DNA of 64,000 nucleotides, taken from the NCBI RefSeq assembly GCF_009914755.1, contig NC_060938.1; one strand, given 5' to 3'. The notes under the pieces are model-generated. The model was given only the letters and a program-made list of their open reading frames with translations, was not told the DNA's origin and made no database searches. Shown piece after piece: positions 53,505 through 64,000 of the stretch. Made by a program: the position numbers and the translations under genes. Source of the stretch: the human T2T-CHM13v2.0 reference genome, Homo sapiens. Each line of letters begins with the position of its first letter. Within the stretch, counting starts at the first letter, position 1.

Positions 53505-54438
53505 GTTTTTAAGTTTTTTAACTGCTTTATTGAGGTATAATTGTTATATGAAAAAAACTTTCCCATATTTAATGTATACAATTTAATGTTAGGCCATAAG
53601 CATACACCTGTGAAACCATCACAATAATCAAGGTGGTAAATATATCTATCACCCCCAAAGATTTCCTGTTGCCCGCTCCTTCTTTGTGCAGGTAAGAACA
53701 CAACATGAGATAGACCCTCTCAAATGCACAATACAATACAGTATCATTAACTATAGAAACTATATTGCACAGCAGATCTCAGGAAGTTATTCATCTTGAA
53801 TAACTGAAAGTTTATACCTACACAACAACAACTTCCTATCTATCCCTGCCCGAGACCTTCCCCCAATCACCATTCTCTGCCTCTGTGAGTTTGACTATTT
53901 TAGATACCTCACATGAGTGAAATCAGGCAGTATTGCCCTTCACATACAGTCCTCCAGATTCATCTATGTTGTCACATATGGGAGGATTTCCCTTTTTCCA
54001 ATGCTGAATAATATTCCATTGAATGTATATACTGCATTTTCTTCAATCCATTCATCCATCAATACAATTTAGATTGTTTCCATATCTAGAATATTGTGAT
54101 AATGCTGCAATGAACATGGAGTGCAGATATCTCTTTGAGATTCTGATTTAAATTTTTTGGATCTATAACCTGAAGTGGGGTTGATGGGTTATATGGCAGT
54201 TCTATTTTTAATTTTTTGGGGAACCTCCATACTGTCTTTCATTGCGGCTGCACCATTTTACATTCCCACTAACAGTGTACAAGGGTTTAAATTTCTCCGT
54301 ATATTCAGCAATTTATCTTTTGACTTTTTGATAACAGCCACCCTAACAGGTATACAATGTGCATCATACACCGTGACCTAGTGGGATTTATCCCTAGGAT
54401 GCAAGAATGGTTCAACATGTGGAATTCAATGAATGTGA
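53505..54438 (-). mobile_element. L1MA10/L1MB1-like 3' end with short inverted ORF2 piece (54352-54438, +)
   Basis: CTTTATTGAGGTATAATTG...GGTAAGAACACAACATGAGAT...ACAGCCACCCTAACAGGT, then sense GTGGGATTTATCCCTAGGATGCAAGAATGGTTCAACAT. Confidence 0.85.
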
Positions 54439-55789
54439 ATTCTGTGTCCCTTCTGTGACATCTCATCACCTCCTATGTGACTAGGTCTTGGTGGGAGAAC
54501 CAAGATCTCTCTTGCCAAACTTCCTTGTCTTAGAACTTGCAGATATCCATTGTTGCCCAGTCATGCCCCAGCGCAGCATAAGCCTGCCATGCGTGCTGAT
54601 GGCTAGGAACTGGGGTGGTCAGAGACAACTGAAGAGATGGGCTTTTCTCCAGTTGGACCGAATTCTGGACAGTGACACTAGTTTCTTCTCCGTAATAGCT
54701 TGACCCTTTTGCCTTGGCTTAAGTTTGGTTTTCTCTCATCCCACTTATATCCAACTGAAGCTCAGTCTTCACAAAACTTCCTGAGAAAGTGTCTGAACTC
54801 CAACACACAGTTGCAGAACCTTCACTGAGCATTTGCTAAGTGCTAGCATCGAGTTAGGCCTGATGACCCACTCAGACTTTGTCGTAACATCTGTATAGTA
54901 CCACTGCATGTCACTCACATTGGAGAAAACTCAAGCTCAAATGGCTGCCTAAGTGTTCTCTCTTAGATTAATTTTAAGGATGCCAAAGTCAATCTGGTAG
55001 ATAGACTGGAGATGGGCATCGTTTCCCTCACTGACTTGATTTGTTATTTAAATTATTAGGGTGATAGTGGAGGCATAGAAGTGGGGTTCTGATGGAAAAA
55101 CCTCCAGCTCGCTTGTACATTGCGGTTCCCTCTGTCACAGGTACTTGGAGCCAACGCAGGCACAGCAAATGAAGCAGGTCTCTGTTTGACATCCAGAAGA
55201 CATAAGCTTTATTTTTTCTCACTTCAGGGTGAGAGGAGAGGAAAAGAATATTTCTCAAAAGTTTTTTCCTCTATGGACATCTGCACATAACATGACTTTG
55301 CTGAGGTGCCTGGCTGCAGGTGCAGTATGTGGTATTGCTGTATGAGTTTATACTTCCCCCCAGCCAGAATACATCATTTGCTTGCCCTGACACTGTAACC
55401 CAAATGCTCATACAGCCTCTTCCTTTGGCTTAGATATGTAAACAAAAACAAATAAAAATCCTATTAAATTGTGTCTTACCTCCAAAGCCACCTTATCGTT
55501 CAATAGACGATTACATTACTGAAGGAACCCAGAATACACTACCTAGATTACTTACTTGCAATAAATCATGGTCTGTCATCCAGTGGCATTCTTCCTAGCT
55601 CTCTTAACTTTTCCTCTATTTGTGTCTGCCAATGAATATTCCAATTGCTCAAGAGTAAGGATTTTATCTTACTTTTTTTTCTTATCATCTGTAGTGACCC
55701 AGAATTCTTTAAGGTAGGTGCTGAGTGGATATTTTCAGTGGGGCTAAATAGTGATTTGCTGCTGCTATCCATTTATTTCTTAACTCAGT

Positions 55790-55985
55790 TTAGATTTAGA
55801 AATGATTGGAGTTGATGCTAAAGACTGTTTTATCCTATCCCCCAAACCCACTTCCCCAGCATTGTGTAAATGAGAAAACTGCAATAGTTATGAATTGCCT
55901 AGGATAACACAGCTCATTAGTGGAAGCATCAGGACATGGCTTTTCAGTTCAATGCTCTTTCTACTATAAAGTGCTGCATCCAGGC
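55790..55985 (-). mobile_element. MIR (degenerate)
   Basis: AAATGAGAAAACTG...TTGCCTAGGATAACACAGCTCATTAGTGG. Confidence 0.55.
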
Positions 55986-56222
55986 ATCTAATGGGGTCAG
56001 GAGGAAGTGGGACATAAAATAGGTAAGTTCTATAAAGGAGGAAGCACCAGGAAGTGACAGGAGAGTGAGGTAGAATCTGAGGCTGGGAAAGGGGAGGCTG
56101 CCAGGGATCATGGTGAAATCTAAAGGCAAGAACAACAAAAAAGGGGAGAAACATGGGGCAGATCTACAGGAATGGAGAGGCAAGCTTCATCTAACTGCTC
56201 TCTTGCCAAGGTCTGAGCCAGC

Positions 56223-56839
56223 TGCGGGCAGGTACCATGTTCCAAAAATGGCTGCAACAATGCCTCAGGTCCCATGAGCTCCTCTACAGCAGGGCCTTAC
56301 CACATCCCCAGCAGGAGATGTGTCTAGTTCTTTTCCCTTGAACCTGGACTGGCTTATGACTTTCTAGTAACCAGGAGAATGTGGCTAAAGGGGCATATGC
56401 GACTTCTAAGGCTAAATGTAAGAAGGCATTCAGCTATTGTCTGGTTCTCTTGGAACACTTGCAGGGGGTGGGGGTGGGGAGCAGTGGGGCAGCCAGCTGC
56501 TATGTAACAAGTCCAGCTACCCTGAGACCGTTGTGCTGGAGAGGTTGCAGGTGGGCACTCCAGTAGACAGTCCCAACTGAGCCCAGCTTTCCAGCCATTC
56601 CTGCCAAGGTGCCAAGCATGTGAATAACCCCACCTGCGACTCTCTAGACCAGTCCATCTGCCAGCTGAACACCACTGAGTGACCTCACTGATGTCTTCGG
56701 GGTAAGAGGAGAGCAGAAGAATTGCCCAGTCAAGCCTGACTGAATTCCTGATGTACATAACCTGTAAAATATAGTAAACATGGTTTTAGAGCACTAAGTT
56801 TTGGGGGTAGTTTATTAGATAGTAACAATTAGGGGAATA
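56223..56839 (+). mobile_element. MLT1G-family solo LTR
   Basis: CCAAAAATGGCTGCAACA...AAGTCCAGCTACCCTGAGACC...CACTAAGTTTTGGGGGTAGTTT; perfect TSD CCAGC (56218-56222 / 56840-56844). Confidence 0.85.
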
Positions 56840-57273
56840 CCAGCTTCTCCTATACTTATAAACATACCACTCAGGTCTTTCTCACTGAGAGAATCTCACT
56901 TGTTTTGCCCTCACACATAGCAGAAAAGTTGCATGCCCAGTGTGAACAGGCTTGAGCCCCAGGGGCCTGTGGGTGGCAGTCAGCCCCACCTTCTGTTTGT
57001 AGGTGGACACCGAATGGTGTTATAAGTCATGGTGTAGCTCAATGGTAAAATCCATTTTTAGTTCGGTGTGCAAACAGGAACTGATACTATTTGAAAAGGG
57101 GAATTTAAAACACCCCACGTGGGTACCACAGTGCAAAGGAGAAGGTTAATCGTGGAAGAAAGATGCTGCCAAAGCACATGGTCCCAGAATGCTCAGCCCA
57201 GAAAGACAAAGTATTGCAGTCTTTCACAGCCATTTTCATAACAAATTGATAGCATATTCCCTGAAATCTGGGT

Positions 57274-57340
57274 CTGAAGCAAGGTCTTCTGAAGGAAGGT
57301 CTTCTGAAGCAAGTCTGAAGCAAGACTGAAGCAAGGTCTT
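57274..57340 (+). repeat. Short CTGAAGCAAG(GTCTT) tandem repeat, ~5 units
   Basis: Direct reading. Confidence 0.85.
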
Positions 57341-57443
57341 TCTGTCTAAAATCCGTCTGGATATAGAAAGGCACATGAGTCCCATTTTTGTGCTGGGGTT
57401 CTGAAAGTTAGGGCCGGGCATGGAGATGGCATGGGTGTGTCAG

Positions 57444-58000
57444 TGTGTACGGAGTATTGTATTTCCAAAGATAGCTTCAGCAATATCTCCTCTCTCATGT
57501 GCCACTCTTCCATCAAGAGGAGAGTCTGTTCTCTCTCCCTTAGAATGAGAGCTGACCTTGTGATTCTTTTGAGCAATGAAATGTGGTGAAAGAGATGTTT
57601 TTGGACTTTGAAAAGCCTGGCAGCTTCCACTTTTGCTTTCTGGAGGAAGCCAGCTTCCATGTTAGAAGTCCAACTCTCTTGGGATGGCCATGCCACAAGA
57701 AGCCCAACCTTGCCATATGGAGAGGCCTGGGGGAAGGGAACTCAAGCCCTCAGCTGACAGCCCCGGCTGAATCCCAGCCACCAGCCAACACCAACTTGCC
57801 AACCACATGAGGAAGGCTGACGTGGCAGCGGATCCTTCAATTCCAGTCAAGCTGTCCCAGCTGACCGTACGTGAACAGAGGTGAGCTCTGCCCCCTGAGA
57901 CCTGGTCAAGCCGCCGAATCGTAAACAAATAAATGGCTCTGTTGTCTTGGGCCATGAAATTTGGAGGTGGTTTGTTATGTAGTCATAGCTAACCAAAACA
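57444..58000 (+). mobile_element. MLT1F/G-family solo LTR
   Basis: TTTCCAAAGATAGC...GCCACTCTTCCATCAAGAGG...TTTGGAGGTGGTTTGTTATGTAGTCATAGCTAACCAAAACA. Confidence 0.8.
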
Positions 58001-59327
58001 GGAGGAAAAGGCATAGAGTTGGCCTGTGCCCGTGGATGTAGAGCAATGGGGGTATGAAAGCAAGTTCCAGGACAAAGGCCTGGGAATCCAGGGACAGGCC
58101 ACAGCATTGGATTCAAAAGGGGTGGCCGAGAGTCATCAAACAGATCCCAGATGGAGAGTCTGCATCAGAAATTCGAGAAAGCAGAAGAACAGGGGACAGA
58201 TACAAGGAGAGGATACCAAGGCAATTGTTCATTAAGTTTGTGGGTTTTTTTAAAGTGTCAGATCGAGAAGGATTTTTGAGGGATTTTCTATGATCCCCTT
58301 CATAGAAATTGCTTAAAGGATACAACTAAAGTAAGTATAAAACAAGCATTTCTGAAATTTGATTTTAATAGGGCCCTGAAGCAAGTGTACACCCTCAGTC
58401 TCATGGCAGGGGCAAGAGCAGTATGAGACACAGCAGAGAAAGGTCGCCACTCCACCCTTACCTGTGCCACATAGCATCCCATGCAGTCCTGATGGCTGAG
58501 GCAGGACGGGGTGAGGATTCACTGCAATGCATTGTTGTTATATAGTAAATTTCATATGAGTCTAATTTCTTGCAAGGTCCCTGTTATCGTCATAAAGCCT
58601 TGACTTAAAGAACCCTTCTAGGTACTATTATATAAATACACATTCAGGAGGGACCTTGTGGATATGAAGATTCTAGCACTCAGAATCTGTAAAAAGCTAG
58701 GTAAGCACCACCATTTCCCGAATTCTATCTTCACTGCGTCTACTTCCAACTGTGTGCCCTATGTGGTACATTAGCATAGATCATAACTGATGCATTGTCA
58801 CCTTAAATAAATTGGATTTATTATTCTATCTCTTGCTTCAATCACATTCAGAATGTTCTAAATTTCTAGTGTCTCAGCAAAAGCTATGCTGAGGATAATG
58901 TTAGTCCCACCCCTTAACAGAGCTTGGCCTAAGCTAAATTATGGAATATTCCAAGGTTGCTTCCTATTTCTTTTTTGTAATATGTTGTTCCTTTCCCCAG
59001 GGGAGACAGGAGCACCATGTCCTCCCATAACTAACCTCAGTCCTAGGGTGCCCATGGAGGCCTGGCCCTCTCATGTCCTTTATGCTTCTGACCTGCCCCT
59101 TCCTCCAAGAACACGTACTCATTTTGATGATGAAATATGTGGGTTTTTTTGAATAATTTTTGACACAGTAACATGTTCATAATGTTGTTTGCTTGAAAAA
59201 CAATACAAAACTATACGATATACACAGCATTAAAAATGTAATAAGGGTATAAATTTCATTATTTTAACTACTAATAGCAACATTCCTTTTAGGGAGAAAC
59301 TGTTCTGCTTTAGAAAATAACTTGATA

Positions 59328-59660
59328 GGCCGGGCGCGGTGGCTCACACCTGTAACCCCAGCACTTTGGGAGGCTGAGGCGGGCGGATCACGAGGTCAGG
59401 AGATCGAGACCATCCTGGCTAACATGGTGAAACCCCGTCTCTACTAAAAATACAAAAAAAAAAAATTAGCTGGGCATGGTGGCGGGCGCCTGTAGTCCTA
59501 GCTGCTCAGGAGGCTGAGGCAGGAGAATGGTGTGTACCCGGGTGGCGGAGATTGCAGTGAGCCGAGATCGCACCACTGCACTCCAGCCTGGGCGACAGAG
59601 TGAGACTCCATCTCAAAAAAAAAAAAAAAAAAAAGAAAAGAAAAAAAAAGAGAAAGAAAA
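59328..59660 (+). mobile_element. AluY, full length
   Basis: GGATCACGAGGTCAGGAGATCGAGACCATCCTGGCTAAC; TSD AGAAAATAA(C/T)TTGATA. Confidence 0.96.
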
Positions 59661-59968
59661 AGAAAATAATTTGATAGAGGCATTTGACTTAGAAGGAGAG
59701 GCCTGAGGGTGAAGAGTTGGTAGGAGTATAAGAAACAGCAGGCAGTGGCTAAATTGCTCTGCATGAGCCCCGAATCAGGGAAAGAGAGCCCAGAGGTATT
59801 TCCAGGCTGAGGACAGTAGGGCATATGGTGGCTGGTGGGGATCCTGGGGCAGTGGGGATGGCCAAAGGACATTGTGCGGAAGGCCTGGCTGATGTTTTAT
59901 TTGAAGCTGTATGCTGCAATGTACTTTTACTCTCTGGTCGTCAGCCTACCACAGGCACAAATATGAAC

Positions 59969-60038
59969 TGTGTGTGTGTGTGTGTGTGTATGTACATGTG
60001 TGCTTGTGCATGCACTCACACATGCACAACTGTGTGCA
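59969..60038 (+). repeat. (TG)n with purine-pyrimidine alternating extension
   Basis: Direct reading. Confidence 0.85.
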
Positions 60039-61035
60039 TTGGGCAAGGGGGCAGACCTGGTAATAAGCAGGGTAACATTTATGGAGGCAGAAGCTGGAAC
60101 CAAGAGCCAACTGTGAAAAAATAAAATCCTCATCCATCTGCAGAAATTTAGGGGAGGGCTTTGGGCTCTTACAAGGAGAGAACTAAGGTTTGCATCATTT
60201 TATCCAGACCTCAAAGTCCATGCAATTCCAGCTGACCTATTGATTATAGATAAATCCATAATTATGTAGCTGGAAAGAAGAATCAAATGTTAAGATTAGT
60301 TGTCTCATGGTGGGGATAATTTTCTTCTTTAGGGTTTTCTCTATTACATTTTCTACAATGAGCATTTAGTATTTTTAAAATTAGAAAAAGTTATTTTAAA
60401 AATGCACTCATCCTAAACGTCCCTGAATTTAGCCATCAAGTTAGGAAGGAATTAACAAATTAATCTCATACCTGGTGTTAAAGATTAATAACATATAAAG
60501 GATGAATAATAATAAACATATCTAAGAACATGTGTGTTTTAGCAGGGGCCTCCTGGAGACTGTAATTCTGAAAGGCAAAGGAATAGAATTTTAAGCAGAG
60601 AAAGACAGCATGACTCAAGTTAAGTAGCTCCATATTCAATATCTGAAGGCTAATGTTGCCCTTTAGCTAAAGGTGTGGATAAACTCTGGAAATAGAAGGA
60701 GAATTGTATCTCATTAGTGATGTCTGAGAAAAGGAGAAGTTCTCAAGGCATCCAGAGACATACCTGTGGAACTTCTACCTCTGTTTGGGAAAATTGGCAC
60801 TAATATTTCCTAGCGGGCTCTTGAGCTATCATAAATTGTTTTCTCTTGGATTTTTAAAAACATACTTTGGGAGCTTTACTCTTCTTTGCCCTCCAGTATG
60901 GATAAAATCCCTGACAGCTTGAAGCCCAGGATTTGTGGATATATGTTTTATGAGGGCAGGGGCCATGCCTGTCTTCCCAGCTGCCTCCCGAGGAACCTAG
61001 GACAAAGCCTGAGACAGAGAAGGATACAATAACGA

Positions 61036-61290
61036 CTAATAATAACTTATTTTATTAAATGTTTACAGTGTGAAAGGTCTTGTTCAAAGTACCTTAAATG
61101 TACTCCAAGCATCTCATGCATTGTTAGAATATGCCTATGAGGTAGGTAAAATTTTTATCCCTGTTTTATAGATTTAAAAACGTGGGACACAGGGAGATTA
61201 AGTCACTTACCCTAATTTGCACAAATGGCAAATTGTGAAGCCAGCCTGTGAACTCAGACTGCCTGTGTCCATATTTTGACGGCTATGCTT
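61036..61290 (-). mobile_element. MIR inserted in an L2 tail
   Basis: CCTATGAGGTAGGT...CCCTGTTTTATAGAT...GGACACAGGGAGATTAAGTCACTTACC; L2 tail text on both flanks. Confidence 0.75.
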
Positions 61291-61628
61291 TGGTAGCTGC
61301 TCAATAAATGGAAGGGAGCTAGAGGAAGAGAGACAGGGAGGAAAGTGTCAGTCATTTCGAGTATTTTTCTTCCCCCTTGGCAAGAGGATGCCGTAGAGGT
61401 CAATAATTCCCTCTGAATTCAGGTGGGGTCCCTTTGAAAATAAGCGACAGAAAATTTTGTGTTTCTCTATCACGGGAATAGGAATTTGAATCCCCACCCC
61501 CATCTCAACCCCTTATGTTGAACGAGTTATCTGGGGTCAGCCTTGCATTTTTTTAGCTTTCCTTTGGAGATGCATCAGCTAACAAGCTGGTCGGCCAAGC
61601 AGTTTCCCAAAGAGGTTGCGCCCATCCC

Positions 61629-61647
61629 TGAACACTAGAGGGCAGTA
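61629..61647 (+). promoter_or_regulatory. CTCF core motif (forward orientation)
   Basis: TGAACACTAGAGGGCAGTA fits the CTCF consensus; unique, CpG-elevated context. Confidence 0.7.
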
Positions 61648-62164
61648 TCTCAACAGGCCTGAGAATTTTGAACGCATCATAAAGTATGCTTTCATTATTT
61701 TCAGAAAAAAAAAAAAAAAAAAAAAAGCCTGTTGGACTGATTATTTCAGCTCAAGAATTTGAGAGTCCAGGGGAGGATGCATTTTAATGACTCCAGGGAA
61801 CGGATCAAATTAAACACATTATCTAGGATTTTCTTCTCTGGCCTCCTCTCAGCCGCCTTCTCAGCGCTTCTGTCTGCGCTGCGTGAGTTGCAGCCCTGTG
61901 CCCTGAGTCTTCCCCCTTGCACAGAAGCAGCCCTTGCCGAAGAACCCAGGACCAGAAGAGGCCTCAGCAGCTTGTCTTGGCGCAGATCCTCCACGGTCAC
62001 CTTCCAGCAAGACAAACTTAAAAACCGTTGAATGTTGTGTGCCTAGCCAGCATGCCTGCAGCTGGATAGGATGGCCCTTGACATGGAAAAACCAACCCAG
62101 TCCTGGCGGCTGCCACATCCCTGAAGACCTAGAGCTACACATTCGGCTGGGAGCGTTACATATG

Positions 62165-62340
62165 TGATCTCTAATCTCAAAAACCTTGCAAGGAAAATAG
62201 TTTTACCATTTTGCAGACAAAGAAACAAATACAGAGAGGTTAAAAAAAATGTGCCCACGGTCAAAAAGCCAGCAAGTACAGAACTGGACTCACACCAGAA
62301 TGTCCAACCCAGAGCCTAGGATACACATGGCATCTCCAAT
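62165..62340 (-). mobile_element. MIR
   Basis: CCATTTTGCAGACAAAGAAAC...CAGAGAGGTTAA...TGCCCACGGTCA. Confidence 0.6.
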
Positions 62341-62592
62341 AGCTACTGCCTCTCCTTCTCTTATCCCTTAAATTACTGCTATAATTGGCCAGAACATTAA
62401 GTGGATACACTACATGATTTCCCTTGAGGGGAGGATGGACAGAGATGCAGGCGTCTACTTTGGACCCTGTGAGTGTGAACTTCAAAGTTCTATTCGTCCT
62501 CCATCCCCTGCAGCTCCTGGAATAAACTGGCACTTAATGGTTGCTCAGTGCTGTAAAGCTGGACTTCATTTCACTTAATAATATTCTGTGTT

Positions 62593-62875
62593 GTCCTGGC
62601 GCTGTGGCTTGCGCCTGCAATCCTAGCACTTTGGGAGGCCGAGGCGGGCAGATCACGAGGTCAGGAGATTGAGACCATCCTGGCTAACAGGGTGAAACTC
62701 TGTCTCTACTAAAAATACAAAAAATTAGCTGGGCGTGGTGGCATGCTCCTGTAATCCCAGCTACTTGGGAGGCTGAGGCAGGAGAATGGCGTGAACCCGG
62801 GAGGCGGAGCTTGAAAGTGAGCGGAGATCGCGCCACTGCACTCCAGCCTGGGCGACAGAGCGAGACCCTGTCTCA

Positions 62876-62923
<48 letters not shown>

Positions 62924-62946
62924 GTAAAAAATAAAATAAAATAAAA
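62593..62946 (+). mobile_element. AluY with (AAT)n tail
   Basis: GAGAATGGCGTGAACCCGGGAGGCGGAGCTTG; TSD ATTCTGTGT. Confidence 0.95.
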
Positions 62947-63574
62947 ATTCTGTGTCTCCTTGGGTTATTTGACGGATTTACTGATAATTGTGAAGAAGTT
63001 TGTTTCTGCTTCGCTTTTATACAGGAGCTGTTTCTGCTCAGCTTCTTGTTAAAACACCCTTAGAAACCCGTAAGTAAATGTTGCAATTGCATTCTTAGCT
63101 TTATTCTCACTGATAAGAGACATAAGTGATTTTTTAAAAGGCAGAACTAACTAATCAATCAAAACAAGCAGCTGTAATCTGATTTTAGAGCAATCTGCAT
63201 GATAAGAGTTGGCCAAGGAGAAATAATTTCCTATCGCAGTGGGATAATGTGCAAATGAAATATAAACTCTAGGCTCCCTCACATCACAGAATGTCAGAGA
63301 AGTGCCAAGCAGAATGTGTTTATGAATGGGAAAGCCAATGGTGTTATATTTTCTCTCAGGTTATTCTCAATCTCATTTTCAGAAGGGACAAAATAGCTCT
63401 AAACATTTCTAAATATTTTACTCCATATGGTCCAAATCCCAAACTTAAAAATATCCACCAACTGTCCACAGAAAAGGTGTTTTAAAGAAAAATAAAGAAT
63501 CAATTTAATTGGAAATCTCCTTAGAAAAGTTTTCTCAGCAGTAAAATAGTGGCTGCCTGCCCTGTGGTGTAGTT

Positions 63575-63687
63575 GAATCTATTCTAGCAAAGGCCAGACA
63601 ATTATTCATTAACCATGTCATGAAAAGTGTCACAGTTGGTGGAACGTTGAACTAGGTGACCCTGGGGGAGGTTTCACTCATTCTAAA
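63575..63687 (+). mobile_element. MIR3-like fragment
   Basis: TTGAACTAGGTGACC...TTCTAAAATTCT. Confidence 0.4.
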
Positions 63688-64000
63688 ATTCTTGAAAATT
63701 CTTGAAGCACATAAATAGTGATTGCCTTTAATCTTAACAAAGTCCACCATATTATCTTGCAAAGAACCAGGACCAGTGATCTCATCCTCTTGCTGTTAGA
63801 AGGCTTGTCAACTTTCCCCACACCCATCTTTCAACTCCTGGAAACAGGACAGGCCACCTGCTGTGGATACACTTCAAAGAAAAGCAAAGAAATCATCATT
63901 AAAAATGAGTGGGGAAACTGTTGCTGTACCTAAAATGAGAAAGCTCTGTGGCTGTCCTCACTATCTTGAAAACCAGCTGGTACATGACAGATGCGACCAT

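Noticed and set aside
61746-62167. Overlapping 77-93 aa ORFs in a GC-richer patch
   Set aside because: Fewer stops are expected at higher GC; no homology recognised and no consistent exon boundaries

Overview
Hominid (probably human) non-coding DNA. The AluY and L1PA2 copies date it to the great-ape lineage. I recognise no protein-coding exon, tRNA, rRNA or known ncRNA gene, and I cannot name the locus. About half of the window is recognisable transposon debris: L1PA/PB/MA/MB/MC/ME, L2, MIR, Alu, MaLR/ERVL LTRs, MADE1/2 and MER5. Several insertions are nested and have readable target-site duplications (TSDs). Nearly all ORFs in the track are TE-derived or chance. Three things stand out. (1) A ~1.65-kb (GAGT)n-GGAG/GGAAG minisatellite (46918-48575) grew inside an L2. 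It has 88-, 45- and 243-bp higher-order repeats, ~26 exact AAG|GTGAGT 5' splice-site consensus copies on the + strand, and a 599-codon ATG-initiated Ser/Thr/His-rich ORF on the - strand. (2) Two strong, divergently oriented CTCF motifs (29968 reverse, 61629 forward) each lie in locally CpG-retaining sequence and bracket the array. (3) A two-LTR MLT1H-like MaLR provirus retains its TSD. Subfamily calls are from recalled consensus sequences, and coordinates of old repeats are approximate.
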